Position numbers and translations under genes: made by a program
The notes under the pieces: generated by a model
Told to the model about the DNA's origin: nothing
The model's input: the letters and a program-made list of their open reading frames with translations, nothing else
Databases searched by the model: none
DNA from: Macrostomum lignano
Taxonomy: Eukaryota
Direction: 5' to 3'
DNA length: 64,000 bases
NCBI GenBank assembly: GCA_002269645.1
Contig: NIVC01000205.1
Location: forward strand, 1 to 64,000
Shown here: piece by piece, positions 61,303-64,000 of the stretch
How positions within the stretch are numbered: the first letter of the stretch is position 1
How the letters are laid out: the number at the start of each line of letters is the position of its first letter

Positions 61303-63192
61303 TCATTTGGAGTCGGTTCTTAACTCAACCGAGTCCTTGCTCCCCGGTCGTTTTACTAATATCGTTCGCTTAACTGTGATCCATTTGCATTTTCTTGCTG
61401 ACTTTTCGTTTTTACTAGGCATTTCTTGCATTCCTTCTGGACAGCCCTTGCAGCCCAGCTTCCACACTTTGTTGGTTACCTTGATTGTTTTGCCGTCCTC
61501 TGACTTGAACCAATCGGTGGGCTGAAACGAATCGCACGACTGCCAAAAGGACGCACTTTCCGAGCCGGGTGGCTGCTGAATCGGCAGCTTCTGAAGATTG
61601 CGCGGCGTGTTCATTCTGTCTTCAAGACTCAATGCTGCAGCAGTGCTCAATGAACTCAGGCCTTTCTTTTCTATCAGACTTGTCATTCCAGCGCCATCAG
61701 TGACTTTTCTTGAGTCACTCTTGAAGTTCTTTTCACCTTGATTGGTTTGCTTCTCAGGTAAAGATGTCGTATTCATATCTGCTGCAGTTTCAGCCAAGCG
61801 GCTTCGGTTTAATAGCCTGTACTGCTTGAGCAACTTCGGATCGATGTTCTGCGGATCGTCGTGGTCAACGATGCAGGCCATGTGCAGGAACAGGAACTCC
61901 TTGTACGCTCTGCGATCCATTGATGCCAAATCCTTATTGCGGTCACTGAAGCACATTGTCTTGCACGTGAACTTCACGGCGTTTAAGTCTAGCCATTGCT
62001 TTAGCTCGTCTCCGGAATGGTGCTCAACGTTCATTGCGAGCCACTTTGTCGCAAGATCGTTAAAGTGGTTTCCAATGCCAACAGTTTCGTCGCACCGGGT
62101 CAGCTTGTTCAGCACGGACTCCTTCCACTGAGATCTCACGGATGTAAGAAAGGAGACTGCCCAGTCCAGACTTTCCACCCTGCGGCACTCCTCAATGGCG
62201 TAGCTGATTGCGTCACAGAAGTAGCTCAGCAAGAAGTGACCGCAGCCAATCACTCGAAGCAGATCTTGTCTATTGGGCTCAATGTGGAAGTCTTTGTCAA
62301 CGAGCACCAAAGTTTGGCCTTTTGCATGGTCGTGATAAAACATAGGACTGTCCGAATATTTGTCACTGCTGTAGTTTCTGAACCGGCGGACAAGCTCCTT
62401 GGCAAGTATGAGTTCCATTTCTCTCACAGACGCAACCATCTCATTGCTCACTGAATTGTCCTCGTCCCAGTGATGGACATAGTGTAGGCATTCGTCAGTT
62501 TTGAGCGAATTTATGACTGTTGCTACTTTCTGCGACTCGCTTTCCTTGTAGTTATTTTTCGCATACTTTTGTTTAGTATCAAAATCTTTATAAACTTTGC
62601 CTGGGGACAGTTTTGCTTGGTTTTTAATCAAGCTGTTAGTTTTAGTATCACTCGCAAGCGGAATCTTTTCGTTTGCTTTGGTGGAATTCTGTTTGTACTG
62701 CAACTCTTTTTGCTGCTGAAGTTGTTTCGCATCAATTTTACTCGACGCTTTGCCGCCCTGTCCTGATTCAATTTTTAGTGACGTCATTTCCATGTCCCGC
62801 TCAGATTTTATTGTATTACCTGTCTTCCCAGCAATAGGTACCTTCTCAGCCTGAGCGGTCTGAAACACAATGATATCCTCTACACTTGTAGTCGTAGTGG
62901 TTTCAACGTCTTCAACTACCACGGATCTGATCTCGCTTACACTGGCGATGTTGCCATCCGGTTGGTTACGACTTGCGGTATCATTTTTGCCAGCTTTGAG
63001 TGCTACAACGGACGTAGTTTCGACGTAACTCGTTCTCTTGTGAACAGTGACGCTACTTGTACTTTTGATGCTGGACACGCTGCTGATGCTAATGGTATCT
63101 TCGTCCTTGTCCTGCGAAGGTTTGTCTTTGCTGACTTTGACATTCTTGACGGCAACCTTCTTGGATTGATTTTTCGTGAAATTCTTTTTCAT
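61303..63192 (-). CDS. Uncharacterised 629-aa intronless protein: Lys/Thr/Ser-rich N-terminus, about 240-aa globular-looking core, Cys/Trp-containing C-terminus
   Basis: 1.9-kb ATG-initiated ORF in otherwise short-ORF DNA; family not recognised. Confidence 0.7.
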   Translation of the reverse strand: MKKNFTKNQSKKVAVKNVKVSKDKPSQDKDEDTISISSVSSIKSTSSVTVHKRTSYVETTSVVALKAGKNDTASRNQPDGNIASVSEIRSVVVEDVETTTTTSVEDIIVFQTAQAEKVPIAGKTGNTIKSERDMEMTSLKIESGQGGKASSKIDAKQLQQQKELQYKQNSTKANEKIPLASDTKTNSLIKNQAKLSPGKVYKDFDTKQKYAKNNYKESESQKVATVINSLKTDECLHYVHHWDEDNSVSNEMVASVREMELILAKELVRRFRNYSSDKYSDSPMFYHDHAKGQTLVLVDKDFHIEPNRQDLLRVIGCGHFLLSYFCDAISYAIEECRRVESLDWAVSFLTSVRSQWKESVLNKLTRCDETVGIGNHFNDLATKWLAMNVEHHSGDELKQWLDLNAVKFTCKTMCFSDRNKDLASMDRRAYKEFLFLHMACIVDHDDPQNIDPKLLKQYRLLNRSRLAETAADMNTTSLPEKQTNQGEKNFKSDSRKVTDGAGMTSLIEKKGLSSLSTAAALSLEDRMNTPRNLQKLPIQQPPGSESASFWQSCDSFQPTDWFKSEDGKTIKVTNKVWKLGCKGCPEGMQEMPSKNEKSARKCKWITVKRTILVKRPGSKDSVELRTDSK

Positions 63193-64000
63193 GTTTGATT
63201 TCGCACAGTCGAGTTGGGTTTTTCAGTGTCTCGACCCGAATTGATGATGCACCTTCATTTCTGGAATTGGTACTGGAATCGGTATTTTTAAATCAAGCTT
63301 GGATAGCTGCATGTGTAGACTAAATATTTAGTCTATGTTTGGAGCGAAATCCGGGATCCCTTATAGTTCTGCTATTTTTAGTTGATTTTTCCGCTCAGTA
63401 TGAGCCACGCAACGTTGAATTAATAAACAGACAGAAGTCCATAAGGCCCTACTCTTAATCTAGTAGTCTGCGCGAGTCTTGCAAGATTAATTTCCTTGAC
63501 GACATTATAATAAAACTCGGTTCGACTGGTCCCTGTCGCGCTTCTTGGCGTAACATGCTACGCAATTAGGATGTGATTACTGAGAAGCTTAAGAAAATAT
63601 GTGCCTAACCGCGTCTCAGCACACGACACGACAGCTAGTTTCCCAACAATTGGTGAACAGGCTTTTCAGGGTTTGACAGAGCAGGTTGGAGATGCGGAGG
63701 CGCCAACTAGCTGAATATTCAGCAAGCTATAGCCGCGGAATCAGTGGTCATTGATTTAACCAAAGTTAGTCTAGGAGTTTAGAAATTTGGGACATTAGTA
63801 GCTCGTAATTGCTGCAGACCCAGCATTGCCAAGCTAGGGAAACTGTTGGATCGTGTAGCTAAGTCTAGACCTACTTCTTGAAGTAGTTATTCTAAATTGG
63901 GAGCTGAAAGTGTAAACTAATGGATATGCTGCTACTGCCGCTGTTTAAGTCTTTGATCTTCGTGCTCTGACAAATGCAGGCTAAATGTTTCCCAGACTAT

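Overview
Eukaryotic (animal) genomic DNA: spliceosomal introns, tandem repeats and DNA transposons. Its style (dense simple repeats, compact genes, metazoan ciliary genes) suggests an invertebrate such as the flatworm Macrostomum, but this is inference only. Recognisable genes: a stomatin/MEC-2 (band 7) gene running off the left edge (- strand), a disabled 5' fragment of CEP290 with a Gypsy integrase/LTR remnant in an intron, a divergent neuropathy-target-esterase (PNPLA6/7, sws) gene, TTC23-like, and ribosomal protein S28. There are also two orphan single-exon ORFs (423 aa and 629 aa). About 27 distinct micro/minisatellite or low-complexity tracts (units 3-47 bp) cover roughly 19 kb, over half of the first 27 kb. 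Mobile elements include three hAT-type elements with exact 8-bp TSDs, other MITE/foldbacks and a tRNA-derived SINE. Most interesting signals: (i) several candidate phase-1 first exons upstream of the shared stomatin exon, interleaved with related, partly inverted 23-bp arrays; (ii) a 21-bp array whose common variants are synonymous in one frame, (NQAPLIL)n; (iii) sharply bounded CpG deserts, with sibling MITEs recording CpG decay; (iv) evidence that arrays are seeded from one another and inside TIR elements. Splice models are read by eye and unverified.
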